Origin: Candidatus Heimdallarchaeota archaeon
GTDB taxonomy: Archaea > Asgardarchaeota > Heimdallarchaeia > Heimdallarchaeales > Heimdallarchaeaceae
Direction: 5' to 3'
NCBI GenBank assembly: GCA_030668875.1
Contig: DAOVER010000016.1
Coordinates: forward strand, 30,001 to 62,000
Length of the DNA stretch: 32,000 nucleotides
The notes beneath the pieces were generated by a model, which saw nothing but the letters and a program-made list of their open reading frames with translations, was not told the origin of the DNA and did not search any database. Below, piece after piece: positions 10,167-20,077 of this stretch (position 1 is the first letter of the stretch; each line of letters opens with the position of its first letter). The translations under genes were made by a program, and so were the position numbers.

Positions 10167-11273
10167 ATGGAGATGAAAATAAGTGAGCAAGAATCTCTGA
10201 TAAATCACACTCACTATAACAATACAGATTCCTTTGAGGAGAAAAAAGAAGAATCACTAACAGAGATAGATAAGAAAAAGAAGCGTTATTTGAGTATAGA
10301 TCTTTTTAGAGGACTAGCAATAGTAGGAATGGTTTTCGTAAATATCCTAGCTGAATTTGATAATACTCCTGATTGGTCTAAACACACAGTAGATTATGGA
10401 TTAACATATGTAGATTTAGTCGCTCCCTTCTTCATTTTCGCTATAGCTTTAACGTACAAGATGTCTTTTGATAGATATCTAAAAAGAGAAGGATACGTGA
10501 AAACTTATACGAAATTTGTTGTTCGTTATGGTGCATTAGTAGGTTTTGGATTTATGGGAAGCATAGGAACATTTGCTACTGATGGAACAAAATTTTCTTG
10601 GGGTGTTTTACAAGCTATAGGCTATGCAGGTATTTTTACTCTATTCTTCATTATTCTACCAAGAATTGTTAGATTTGTAATTGGTATAGGTACATTAGTA
10701 GCTTACCAATTCATTCTTATGATTACTGTTGAAGTTGAAGGTGTTTTTATCTCCTTAGCAGACTTGAATCTTCTAGACAGTCATGGAGGGGTCATAGGTG
10801 GGATTGGTTATGCAGCTCTGATGCTAATTGGCACTGCTATTATAGATGTTTTTAGTGAAAAAAGAAAGTTACCTATTCTCGTTAGTGGGATTGTCTTTTC
10901 GATAGTCGGAACAGCAGTTCATTTTATTTGGAAGTTCTGTGAAATTCCACTATATGGCGGAATATCTAAAGAGAGAATGACTCCTTCATATGTGTCTGTG
11001 GCAATGGGTTTAGGAGCAATATTGTTCTGGTTAATCTGGTATCTTTTCGACAAAAAAGAAATAACTAAAGACAAAAGTTACTTCCTTCAACCATTTGGAA
11101 GAAATGCATTTTTCTTGTACATTTGTCATCCGCTCTTAATTCTGTTAGCAACTCTTTACCTCCCTCAGAACAGTCATGTAGCTCTGGTGACATTTGTAGT
11201 TGTAATGAATGTAGGTATTATTTGGTTAATAGCTTTTATGATGGATAGAAATAAAATATACATAGTTCTCTAA
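10167..11273 (+). CDS. Heparan-alpha-glucosaminide N-acetyltransferase-like (DUF5009/DUF1624) membrane protein
   Basis: RYLSIDLFRGLAI..M.FVN, HT..YGLTYVDLVAPFFIF, WGVLQAIG, ISKERMTPSY, FGRNAFFLY; multiple TM helices. Confidence 0.85.
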   Translation: MEMKISEQESLINHTHYNNTDSFEEKKEESLTEIDKKKKRYLSIDLFRGLAIVGMVFVNILAEFDNTPDWSKHTVDYGLTYVDLVAPFFIFAIALTYKMSFDRYLKREGYVKTYTKFVVRYGALVGFGFMGSIGTFATDGTKFSWGVLQAIGYAGIFTLFFIILPRIVRFVIGIGTLVAYQFILMITVEVEGVFISLADLNLLDSHGGVIGGIGYAALMLIGTAIIDVFSEKRKLPILVSGIVFSIVGTAVHFIWKFCEIPLYGGISKERMTPSYVSVAMGLGAILFWLIWYLFDKKEITKDKSYFLQPFGRNAFFLYICHPLLILLATLYLPQNSHVALVTFVVVMNVGIIWLIAFMMDRNKIYIVL

Positions 11274-11351
11274 TCTTCATTTGATTATGTAGCTTAAAAA
11301 GAATAAGAAGTAATTCCAAGTATTAATATACTCATCAAAATTTGTCCTTTT

Positions 11352-12206
11352 ATGAAAGACAAAATTATCCTCGTTACTGGAGCAAATGCAGGAATAGGGA
11401 AAGAAACTGCTCTCAAGTTAGCTGAAATGGGAACTCAAGTTATATTAGTCTGCAGAAATGAGAAAAAGGGGATCAGTGCTCTTGAGGAGATAAGAGAGAA
11501 AACCAGTAATGATAATCTTGATTTAATGATTTGTGATTTTGCTTCTTTGAATTCAATTAATGATTTTGTGAAAAGTTTTAAGAAGAAATACAAACAACTT
11601 GATGTTTTAATTAATAACCATGGAGCTGTCTCAATAAGAAAGGCATTAACTGAAGATGGAGTTGAAACAACTTTTGCTGTTAATCATCTTGGTTATTTCA
11701 GTTTGACTTTACAACTTCTGGATTTATTGAAAACTAGCTCATATTCCAGAATTGTTAATGTAGCTTCAAGCTCAAATTACAGAGTTAAGGAATTGAACAT
11801 CACTGATTATAATTGGGATAAGAGAAAATACAAAATGATGGATGCTTATGGTGAATCAAAACTATACAATATTATGTTTACCTTTTTACTTTCTGAAAAA
11901 CTGAAAGATACAAACGTTACAGCTAATTGCCTCCATCCCGGTTATGTTAAAACTAATATTGGTTTGAATCACTTCTTGTTAAGAATGCTTCGCCCACTTG
12001 TAAAGGTGGGAGCAGTTTCCCTAGAAGAAGGTGCACAAACAACCTTACATTTAGCTACATCATCAGAGATGGAAGGAGTTACTGGAGTATATTATCACAG
12101 AATGAAACTAAGAGAACCAAATAAATTAGCTTTAGATCAGAAAGCTCAGCAAAAATTGTGGGATTTAAGTTTAGAATTAACTGGTTTAACTAAAGATTTA
12201 GTGTGA
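11352..12206 (+). CDS. Short-chain dehydrogenase/reductase (retinol dehydrogenase-like), intact copy
   Basis: TGANAGIG, LDVLINNHG (NNAG variant), RIVNVAS, catalytic Y-G-E-S-K, LHPGYVKT. Confidence 0.93.
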   Translation: MKDKIILVTGANAGIGKETALKLAEMGTQVILVCRNEKKGISALEEIREKTSNDNLDLMICDFASLNSINDFVKSFKKKYKQLDVLINNHGAVSIRKALTEDGVETTFAVNHLGYFSLTLQLLDLLKTSSYSRIVNVASSSNYRVKELNITDYNWDKRKYKMMDAYGESKLYNIMFTFLLSEKLKDTNVTANCLHPGYVKTNIGLNHFLLRMLRPLVKVGAVSLEEGAQTTLHLATSSEMEGVTGVYYHRMKLREPNKLALDQKAQQKLWDLSLELTGLTKDLV

Positions 12207-12305
12207 ATTATCTTGAATTGTTTAGAAATCTTTAAACCTAATAAATAATTCAATTAACATTAAATAATTCCATGTACAAATCTATCTTGACAAATCGGTG
12301 TTTAT

Positions 12306-13607
12306 ATGAGAATACATAAAAAAAATCTTTTTGCTTCTGGAGTATTGGTTTTTCTTTTTCTTTTAGTTATCTCACCAATGTTCTGTACAGCAGAAGCTTA
12401 CAGTGTTCGATGGGAAATAGAACTGGAGACAAATTCACCCCGTGGCTTCTCCGTTGATATTGATGATAATCTTCATTTCTCTTATTGGAATTCTGACATA
12501 AGTAACAACTACTTCTCTAAAATTTCAAAGGAAGGATTAGAACTTTTTGATAAAGCTCTTAATCCACAACCTAGCTTCAACACATATCTAATTGATGATT
12601 TTGGTAAATACTTTTTTGTATCTATCGAAGAAATGATAAATACTTGGAGTGGATATTTGGGTAAGGAATTTACAATAGCACAATATTCTGATGAACTCAT
12701 CTATATTTCGACATTTAATATAAATCTTTCAAGCTACTTTGAAGGGGAATTTCTTGGAAATCTTAAATATGTTGATAGTGATTGTATCTATTTTGCTATA
12801 TTGGAATATCAAGGAGAATACGATGAATTGAACACTGAATTAGATTGCATTCAGTTAGCTAAATTTAGTACTACAGGAGAGAAACTTTGGAATAGAACAA
12901 TAGCCCTTAATCCAGATAGCACTATTTTTGGTTTTTGTAAAAACAGTTATGGAAATGTCTATGTTGAGAATGAAGGAGTTCTGTATTACCTTGATGATGA
13001 AAATGGAATGGATATTTGGCAAAATACTATTTTAATAGATGATCCAACCATCTCACTAAACTCTGTTGAGAGTAAATATTTGATGGCGTTTGAAGAAAAT
13101 ACTTTGCTGGTAGTTATTACTCTTGGTTTAAGACTATTTACGAAATTTTGTAAAGTAGATGGGACTTTTGATTGGGAGATGAAACTTGAAACAGAGAATA
13201 CTAATCGTGTTTTTACCAGCAAAAGTATTGCTGTTGAAGATGATTTTTTGGGTATCACTACTCTTGAAGAAGACTTTGTTTATGATGAAAGAGAGAAAAC
13301 AAATATATTCCATTTACATCTATTAAACTCTGCAAAAGAAGTTCTTTATGAAGAAAGAATAGAGATAATAGATGAAGTTGATGCAAGTTCAGATATATTC
13401 AGACTCATTAGAATTCTCCCTACTTCAGAAGGACATTTTTACCGTTACGATTTAACGAGAGACTTTGTGAATGATATAGTTGAAAGCACAATCAAGTATT
13501 GTATACCAAAAACTAATTTTATCACAGGTTATACATTAATAATCTCCATTTCAAGTATTAGTATACTCGTTTTATTAGTTGTTTATAGGCGGAAAACATC
13601 TAAATAA
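12306..13607 (+). CDS. Secreted, C-terminally anchored surface protein (paralog of 8638-9900)
   Basis: Signal peptide; shared blocks INLSSYFEG, YVDSDC, QLAKF.T.GE.LWNRTIALNPD, YCIP; C-terminal TM plus RRKTSK. Confidence 0.7.
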   Translation: MRIHKKNLFASGVLVFLFLLVISPMFCTAEAYSVRWEIELETNSPRGFSVDIDDNLHFSYWNSDISNNYFSKISKEGLELFDKALNPQPSFNTYLIDDFGKYFFVSIEEMINTWSGYLGKEFTIAQYSDELIYISTFNINLSSYFEGEFLGNLKYVDSDCIYFAILEYQGEYDELNTELDCIQLAKFSTTGEKLWNRTIALNPDSTIFGFCKNSYGNVYVENEGVLYYLDDENGMDIWQNTILIDDPTISLNSVESKYLMAFEENTLLVVITLGLRLFTKFCKVDGTFDWEMKLETENTNRVFTSKSIAVEDDFLGITTLEEDFVYDEREKTNIFHLHLLNSAKEVLYEERIEIIDEVDASSDIFRLIRILPTSEGHFYRYDLTRDFVNDIVESTIKYCIPKTNFITGYTLIISISSISILVLLVVYRRKTSK

Positions 13608-15018
13608 CTCCTCTTCTCTTCTTTTCTTTTACTTTATTATTCATATAACTAATCCACTGAATTTCATCCCCCAGTAAATCAGAGATAATTTTTGAAGATT
13701 TGACTCCTTTAAAGAGAGCTTGTACTTTAACTAGCAACCATTCAAAGGATCCTTTCATCTTAAATTGTATAAACAGTCTTATCGCTAACTCATAGAACAA
13801 TAATATGTAAGCTATTGCTAGAAACATCCACAACTCTTGCCCTCTACCTATTATTCCTTCTTCCATGAAATTATACCCTGGTAGTTTCTGTAAAATGAGC
13901 GACAGAATCCATCGAGGAAGTAGCTCTAATATATGCAAAGAATAGATAGTCAAAGAAAGAATTGACCATCTTCTAAAGAATTTAACGATTCTTCTATTTG
14001 CAAATGTTTTACCTTTCCCTCTGTATTCTATTAAAGCTAGAAGAGTCATAAGTAAGCAAACCTGCCCTCCTAATCTAAGTAGGTAAGTGGTTATTGCAGG
14101 AGGTTGTTCAAGAAAAGTGAAAGGCAATCCTAAAACAATTAGGATTAAACCTGCAATGATCATTAAAACACCTACAAGACTTAGCCACAACAGTATTTTT
14201 TTCGGAGGTATTGGATCTGCAAGAAGCATACCGATAAGCGCTCCAATGAATGAAGAAGCTAGATAGGGGAAGAGAGGTTGTTTGGGACCATTAACTATTG
14301 TTAAGAACCAAGTTCTAGCAGATCTATTGTGATAAACGAATTCTATGTCAGGCCAACCAAATTCTCCTGAAGGATATAACCAAGTAGAGTTTGAAATCCA
14401 GTTGGAAATAAATGGAGTAAGAACTATAACAAATAGAATGAGACAAGCAAAAATAGCAATGTTTCTTATAACCTTCTCATAGCCTTTATTACGCATCAAA
14501 ATATACATGAGTAATCCATTAATTACTAAACAAATACCTATTATCTGCAAGGTTTGGAACCAAAGAACTTCAACTTTGAAGTAAGCGAAATTAGTCCATT
14601 CTAATGTTCTTATTGAATATCCAATATCGCCATAGTATCCCAAGATTCCCTCTATGAAGTAAGCTAATATTATAAGAACTACTCCTGTTGTAATTTGCTT
14701 TAGAAGTGATTTTAAAGGACTAATGTCAGCTTTTGTTTTTCTTATAAAAGTGTAAGAATTCACCACTGAAGAGATAAACAAGAAGAACCCATACCAAGAT
14801 CCGAGGTAAGCAAATAATCCCATGATAATCAACAAAATTATAGGAAATTTTAGTATCTCTTCTTGGTTTGCCATAAATCCTTCAACATCGTACATCTTGA
14901 AGAGAATATGAAAAAGAGTCATCCCGAAGATTGCTACTCCTCTAAGAAAATCTAGAGTAACTAATCTTTTAGGTATTTTTGGTAATTCTTCTGATGAAGA
15001 AGGGGATTGAAGGTCCAA
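13600..15018 (-). CDS. Multi-pass membrane protein, HGSNAT/DUF1624/acyltransferase-3-like
   Basis: RLVTLDFLRGVAIFGM N-terminal motif, LQIIG, PLFPYL, SLTIYSLH, GSFEWLL; about 10 TM helices. Confidence 0.72.
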   Translation of the reverse strand: MDLQSPSSSEELPKIPKRLVTLDFLRGVAIFGMTLFHILFKMYDVEGFMANQEEILKFPIILLIIMGLFAYLGSWYGFFLFISSVVNSYTFIRKTKADISPLKSLLKQITTGVVLIILAYFIEGILGYYGDIGYSIRTLEWTNFAYFKVEVLWFQTLQIIGICLVINGLLMYILMRNKGYEKVIRNIAIFACLILFVIVLTPFISNWISNSTWLYPSGEFGWPDIEFVYHNRSARTWFLTIVNGPKQPLFPYLASSFIGALIGMLLADPIPPKKILLWLSLVGVLMIIAGLILIVLGLPFTFLEQPPAITTYLLRLGGQVCLLMTLLALIEYRGKGKTFANRRIVKFFRRWSILSLTIYSLHILELLPRWILSLILQKLPGYNFMEEGIIGRGQELWMFLAIAYILLFYELAIRLFIQFKMKGSFEWLLVKVQALFKGVKSSKIISDLLGDEIQWISYMNNKVKEKKRRGVI

Positions 15019-15447
15019 GTCTATCTCTCGAAATCTTAAATATTAATGATTCTTGTTCTCCTAAACCATATTAAAGTTTTTCAAAAAACTCAATTGAATA
15101 GAATCATAAACAGTCTGTTAAATTCTCTATCATATACTTTCATGCAAAAAACTACTGAAATAATTATTTTTGTAGCTGTAACAGCTTATGTGACAAATAT
15201 CTGTCTTCAGAAAAGATAAATTACAAGTTGAAAAGAAGACAATTTATCCTTCTTTCTTTCCACAAATGTTCGTTTAAATGATTCTATAAACGGGTATATC
15301 TTTTAAGTTAATGATTATGTGAACAAAGAATAACATGAGTTTTAAATACTAGCTAATACATATTACTTCGGCAAATTGTGGACGTGGAGAAGTAACAAAG
15401 AAAGTATATACATTTGATTACAATTTTGCTAAATATGAGGTATAAAA

Positions 15448-16548
15448 ATGCAAATTAGAAATAAATATAGAATTTCTCTGCTCATTGTTCTTATACTGAG
15501 TATGAGTGTGATAACAGCGATAACATCGCCTGTTATGGGAGTTACCATCGTGAAGATGGGAGATAATAATGCTATTGATAAAAGCATATTAGTAATTAGA
15601 GAAGATGTGCCAAATCCTTCAATCATGGAATATAATTCATTGGAATTTTCCTTGAGAATTAGCCATTGTTTTGGTCCTGTAATATGGATAGGGCATGGGA
15701 ATGATCAGGGAATTACAACAGAAAATACCCAGATGTCTTGGGTTGAATTCGCTTCAAACATTGAAAAAACTCCTGCTAAAGATATAGTACTGTCTTGTGA
15801 TTCTAAGAATCTAGTAAAACAAACAGATTTAGAAGAAATAGATGTGTTTACATTTGAAGGATCAATTGATGCAGTAATTGGAGGATTGTTTACATCATAT
15901 ATAATAACTAGATCTCAAACTATTATCGACAAACTGCTTGTAAGAGCAATTGATATTGTATCAGGAATAGCTCAAAAAGAAGAGCTCGCAGTGGTAATTG
16001 GTGATGGAGGTGGAGGAGGAACTACAACATCTACAGTTAATTACATTGTACGTAATCCTTTCGGTCCAGAAGGCGGATGGGGAATAGTAGAAACTATATG
16101 GAACTGCGGTAATCTGGCAATGGTTTTAATAGGCGCTTTACTTACCTTTTCATCATGCTGGATTGTGGTAAAAGTGAAATCAGTAATCAGCGCGGCAAGT
16201 GTAAATTTCTTTACTGCTGCGGCTAACTTCTTTGCTGTGCTATTTAATCATATGAGTAATGTTGCAATGATAGGTGGTGCGTTACTTGCCTTTTTACCTG
16301 AAATAGTTATTTTTATCTGTACTAAACTGATCCCTGCAATAGCTTGGTTTCTTCAAGCTGCAGCAATTGCAGATGTGACTGCTCAAGCTGGGGTAATAGC
16401 AACAACAGCTGGAACTGCTACTGCCCTTAAAGTATTGCAAATTATTTCAATAATTGCAACAGTTGTATGGTGGATAATAGGATCTATTTCGGATCTTACT
16501 GATAAAGATGATATCTGCAATATGCCAGCTTGGATGTTTGGTGGATGA
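15448..16548 (+). CDS. Secreted protein: putative clan-CD (caspase/gingipain/CHAT-like) protease domain + Gly linker + hydrophobic multi-helix C-terminal domain (candidate autoprocessing toxin)
   Basis: SD gaggt upstream; signal peptide; VIWIG-H83-G and DIVLS-C117-DS; GDGGGGGTTTST linker from residue 185; Ala/Ile-rich hydrophobic tail with 4 Cys. The CDS is secure; the function is inference. Confidence 0.6.
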   Translation: MQIRNKYRISLLIVLILSMSVITAITSPVMGVTIVKMGDNNAIDKSILVIREDVPNPSIMEYNSLEFSLRISHCFGPVIWIGHGNDQGITTENTQMSWVEFASNIEKTPAKDIVLSCDSKNLVKQTDLEEIDVFTFEGSIDAVIGGLFTSYIITRSQTIIDKLLVRAIDIVSGIAQKEELAVVIGDGGGGGTTTSTVNYIVRNPFGPEGGWGIVETIWNCGNLAMVLIGALLTFSSCWIVVKVKSVISAASVNFFTAAANFFAVLFNHMSNVAMIGGALLAFLPEIVIFICTKLIPAIAWFLQAAAIADVTAQAGVIATTAGTATALKVLQIISIIATVVWWIIGSISDLTDKDDICNMPAWMFGG

Positions 16549-16600
16549 AATTAAACAATTCAAAAACATTAAAAGAATTGAATATGGAGATGGATTTGAA

Positions 16601-17446
16601 ATGAAAAGATCTAATTCATCTTCAAAGTTTTTTTCTCAAGATAAAGAAGATCTACAAATTTGGGGTTTCTCACGAAAAAAATCAATAAAAATATTAATGC
16701 TGATAACACTCTTTCTGTTCATCTTAGTAACTCTTTTCCTATTATGGGGATTAGCAATTACTTCGAGGTATAGGGTATATTGGTATGATATTTTTAATCT
16801 TAAAAGCTTCTTAATGGTTATTATTGCAGGGGGATGGATGAGTTTCGCTCCAAGTGCTATAGCGTTTTTATTGAAACCAAAGAAACGAGAAAGACGTTTT
16901 CTTTTAGGTATGAATTGGCTCTTAGCTATTATTGGAACAATTATTACAACAATAGCCTATGTTTTATTAATCATTTTTGTTTGGATTCCTTCCTTATCCG
17001 TTTCTGATCAATTGATACCATCCTTAAAATATGGTGTACCAATTATCTTACCAGTAATAGTATGGCCTTCTGTTTTTATCCTTTGGTTCTCCTATATTCT
17101 CTTAACGACATACACTAATATAGTAATTAATCAGAATATAAAGGAAATATTAGTTTACGGGCGCACAGCAAAAGGAGATAGATTCAGTTATACCTTTCCT
17201 CTTTCACCGGAATATCAGTTAGCAATTATGAAATATGATTTAAAAAACTCCCCTGAAAAATTCCAACGGTGGGGAATATTTTTAGAAACTGAAACGCAGT
17301 TAGTAAGACTCTACTCAGGATACGAAAAAGGAGTTAAACAATTTCTTGAAGAACTAGTAGCAATAACAAATTGGATAACAGTTACAAAGACAGATGAAGA
17401 ACCACCAAATATATTAGAAATTTGTACTCCTAAAGGTTCCGTATAG
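16601..17446 (+). CDS. Membrane protein (about 4 TM) with soluble beta-rich C-terminal domain; candidate immunity protein
   Basis: ATG 16601 preferred over 16508 (avoids overlap, ggag upstream); hydrophobic helices then a PH-like strand pattern ending in a helix (GVKQFLEELVAIT). Confidence 0.6.
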   Translation: MKRSNSSSKFFSQDKEDLQIWGFSRKKSIKILMLITLFLFILVTLFLLWGLAITSRYRVYWYDIFNLKSFLMVIIAGGWMSFAPSAIAFLLKPKKRERRFLLGMNWLLAIIGTIITTIAYVLLIIFVWIPSLSVSDQLIPSLKYGVPIILPVIVWPSVFILWFSYILLTTYTNIVINQNIKEILVYGRTAKGDRFSYTFPLSPEYQLAIMKYDLKNSPEKFQRWGIFLETETQLVRLYSGYEKGVKQFLEELVAITNWITVTKTDEEPPNILEICTPKGSV

Positions 17447-17559
17447 AACACCAAAATCAGTTTGTATTATGATTAGTTTCTATTATTGTTTATCGTTTAA
17501 TTTTGTAAGATTAATATACTTCCATGTGAATATATATCCAATAAAGTAATGGTGGTTTT

Positions 17560-18051
17560 ATGACACAGAAAAGAAATAGCAATTTCTTACAATCAAGTGG
17601 TATTTGGGAAGGTGTTTTTGCCAATTATGTGAACAGAGATGGTGGCATTGAACAAGAAGGCAAAATAATAGTTAAAGTAGAAGTCGATACTAATGGAGTT
17701 ATCACTCATGAGAATTCCTTTTTTAGGCTTGATGGAACACAGAGTGATTATGTGGGTTCATTAAACGTTAGAGTAGAAGGAAATAATCTCATCAACTTGT
17801 TGGAAATTGATGAAGATCCAAATACAAAGAACAAAATAAAAAATCACAGATTTGAAGGTTATATTGTGAAGAATCACATTTTTATTTATGAAACATATGA
17901 AGAGATTTTTCCTAATGGAAAAAAAGATTTTCGTCGAAACTCTGTTCATTATTTCTTCATTAAGGAAAATGAATTAATCATGCTAGCTGATGTATATTTA
18001 AATGACAAATTGCTTGTTTTCGCAAACACAAAATTAGAAAAAAAGGACTAG
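17560..18051 (+). CDS. Hypothetical beta-barrel protein (lipocalin/nitrobindin-like)
   Basis: N-terminal SGIWEG (G-x-W) motif followed by alternating beta-strands; SD ggtgg upstream. Confidence 0.55.
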   Translation: MTQKRNSNFLQSSGIWEGVFANYVNRDGGIEQEGKIIVKVEVDTNGVITHENSFFRLDGTQSDYVGSLNVRVEGNNLINLLEIDEDPNTKNKIKNHRFEGYIVKNHIFIYETYEEIFPNGKKDFRRNSVHYFFIKENELIMLADVYLNDKLLVFANTKLEKKD

Positions 18052-18156
18052 AATTTACTATGTGGAGAAGTTACTCCAGAAATAAACTAGAAGTGATTTT
18101 CTCATCAGTTGCATTTTTTGCAATAATAATTTTTTTGCAAGAAACTAACTAATTTA

Positions 18157-19629
18157 CTAGAAACCTAAAGCTATAAGACCGATTGAATAGAGTACACCCA
18201 ACACTCCACAAGCTAATGTTAAAGGTAGCATCTTTTGTACGTATTTGAGAAAAGATATAGGAAAATCTTCCCTTCGAAGTATCTCTAGTGACATTAGAAT
18301 AGTAATTGATCCAAGAGGTGTCAATGCACCACCAATATTCCCAGAAAGAACAAAACCAATCCACAAACCTACTCCTGTTGCCACACCTAATCCTAAAGCT
18401 TGGTAGATATAAGAGAAAATAAGTGCTGCTGAAAAACTATTCATAAATCCTGCTATTAATAATCCTACGGCACCAATTATTATTGCTACCAAAATTAACC
18501 CTCCTATTGTTGGTTCCCCACTCCTTAAGTAAACATCTGCAATGGAAGATGGAAGGACGAGAATTGGATTTTTCTCTAAAATCCCTCCTAAGATGGTGTT
18601 CAGCGGAACTAGGGCACCTGCAGCTGTTAATAAACCCATAAGAATAAAAAGAGCGATAGCGAAAATAATCATCTCCCATTCGACACCTTCTCGAAGATAA
18701 CGTTTCAAATCTGTCTTGAAAAGAAAAAGACCGAAAAATACAGCAATTAGAGCTGTAATAGCTACATCTAGAGGATTACCTGGAATGCTTGTAAGTATAA
18801 ATCCTATAAAAAGAAATCCAAGAAGAATTAATGATTTCCAAATGTTTTTTCTATCAGTAATCCCTGACCAAGGATTAATTCTTCCAATCTGCTCTCCTTT
18901 CTCATCTGTGACTTTAATTTGTAGTTGCTTCTTATAAATAAGGAAGAAAAATGCTGTAGCAAGAGCAAAGAAAAGAATTGCAATAGGGAGCATATATGCT
19001 GTAAATGTGATGAAGTTAATATTTGCTTCTGGATACAAGTTGAAGAAAATGATATTAGGTATCGAAGAAACAGGAGTGGGTAAACCTCCAATTATGGTGT
19101 TGATTCCAACGAATAGCACGTAAGGTTCTGGGTTAATTTCGAGCTGTTTACATGTAACAACTGTTAAAGACCCTAGAAGAATAATAGCACTTAAATTATC
19201 AAAAAACATTGAAACAAAAAATGTTAGTCCACCTAAAGCTATTAGTAGTTTTTTTGGATCACCTTTAGTCAATTTAACAATGTATAGCGATACAAAGTCA
19301 AAGAAACCTGCACCTTTGGTAATAGCAACTATTATACCTATAGAAAAGATGATTAGTATAGCTTCTATATTCACTGTTTTTGCTAAGGCTTCTAGATAAT
19401 GGACATTCTCAGATATTTCTTCATATCCTAAGTTTTTTTCAAAACCTTCCTTCCAGTTCATAAGTACTAGATACAATGTTGAAACTGCTAATGCACCAGC
19501 AGCGGTGACTTTTGTAGAATCAATTCCCTCTTTTGTTAGTAAAATAATTGTAATTAGAACGATGATTACAATAAGTATTGTTCCAATCCACTGGTAATTT
19601 TCTCCTAACAGATTTATGGGGTTTGACAA
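18157..19629 (-). CDS. Ion-transporter superfamily permease (ArsB/NhaD/SLC13-CitMHS type)
   Basis: SMFFDNLSAIIL, NTIIGGLPTPVSSIPNI, VEWEMIIFAIALFILMG, GNIGGALTPLGS; TTG start preceded by aggtga. Confidence 0.88.
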   Translation of the reverse strand: MSNPINLLGENYQWIGTILIVIIVLITIILLTKEGIDSTKVTAAGALAVSTLYLVLMNWKEGFEKNLGYEEISENVHYLEALAKTVNIEAILIIFSIGIIVAITKGAGFFDFVSLYIVKLTKGDPKKLLIALGGLTFFVSMFFDNLSAIILLGSLTVVTCKQLEINPEPYVLFVGINTIIGGLPTPVSSIPNIIFFNLYPEANINFITFTAYMLPIAILFFALATAFFFLIYKKQLQIKVTDEKGEQIGRINPWSGITDRKNIWKSLILLGFLFIGFILTSIPGNPLDVAITALIAVFFGLFLFKTDLKRYLREGVEWEMIIFAIALFILMGLLTAAGALVPLNTILGGILEKNPILVLPSSIADVYLRSGEPTIGGLILVAIIIGAVGLLIAGFMNSFSAALIFSYIYQALGLGVATGVGLWIGFVLSGNIGGALTPLGSITILMSLEILRREDFPISFLKYVQKMLPLTLACGVLGVLYSIGLIALGF

Positions 19630-20077
19630 TTGTTCACCTTTGTAAATTCATCTTTTTCAGAGTAGGGTTCAATCTTATAATTGTTTGTTGAATTATAGTA
19701 TCGAACCGTTTGTTCAACTCTTCTGCTGATAATACTGCGTTTCTAGATTTTGCTGTACCATCAATAATAAGCAAACCTTTCCAGTATCGATGATCTAACA
19801 GAAGGTAATGTTCAGAAATTTATTAAGAGTGATTTTTAAAATGACCTTCTGTTTATTAGGATCCATATGCTTATCATGCTTCACTTAAAGCTTAACCTAA
19901 AAAGGCTTTAGATATGAATGACAAAATCTTCTTCTTATAACTTCCAAACTATGTGAAAGTGATGAAAAAACATTTTCTTCAATCTATTTTTTTCCTTGAA
20001 TTTCCACAACAAAAATTTAAGGTTGTGAATTTCATTAACAAAATTAAAGAAAAATAGAAAAATGTATTAGAAGCAAG

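Larger units (their letters stand above)
11352..13811 (+). repeat. Diverged tandem duplication, copy 2
   Basis: Matches 7647-10103 gene for gene. Confidence 0.85.

Noticed and set aside
15140-15250. Palindrome agctg-taa-cagct (15174-15186), nested inverted repeats, and an IIFVAVTAY receiver-like snippet upstream of the toxin candidate
   Set aside because: Short matches are expected by chance in AT-rich DNA; no independent support.
16508-16600. Track start for the membrane protein at 16508
   Set aside because: Overlaps the upstream gene by 41 nt; ATG 16601 is more plausible.
19640-19820. Minus-strand open frame (LDHRYWKGLLIIDGTAKSRNAVLSAEELNKRFDTIIQQ) that reads like a gene remnant
   Set aside because: No start codon or SD and no recognisable family; cannot be supported without a search.
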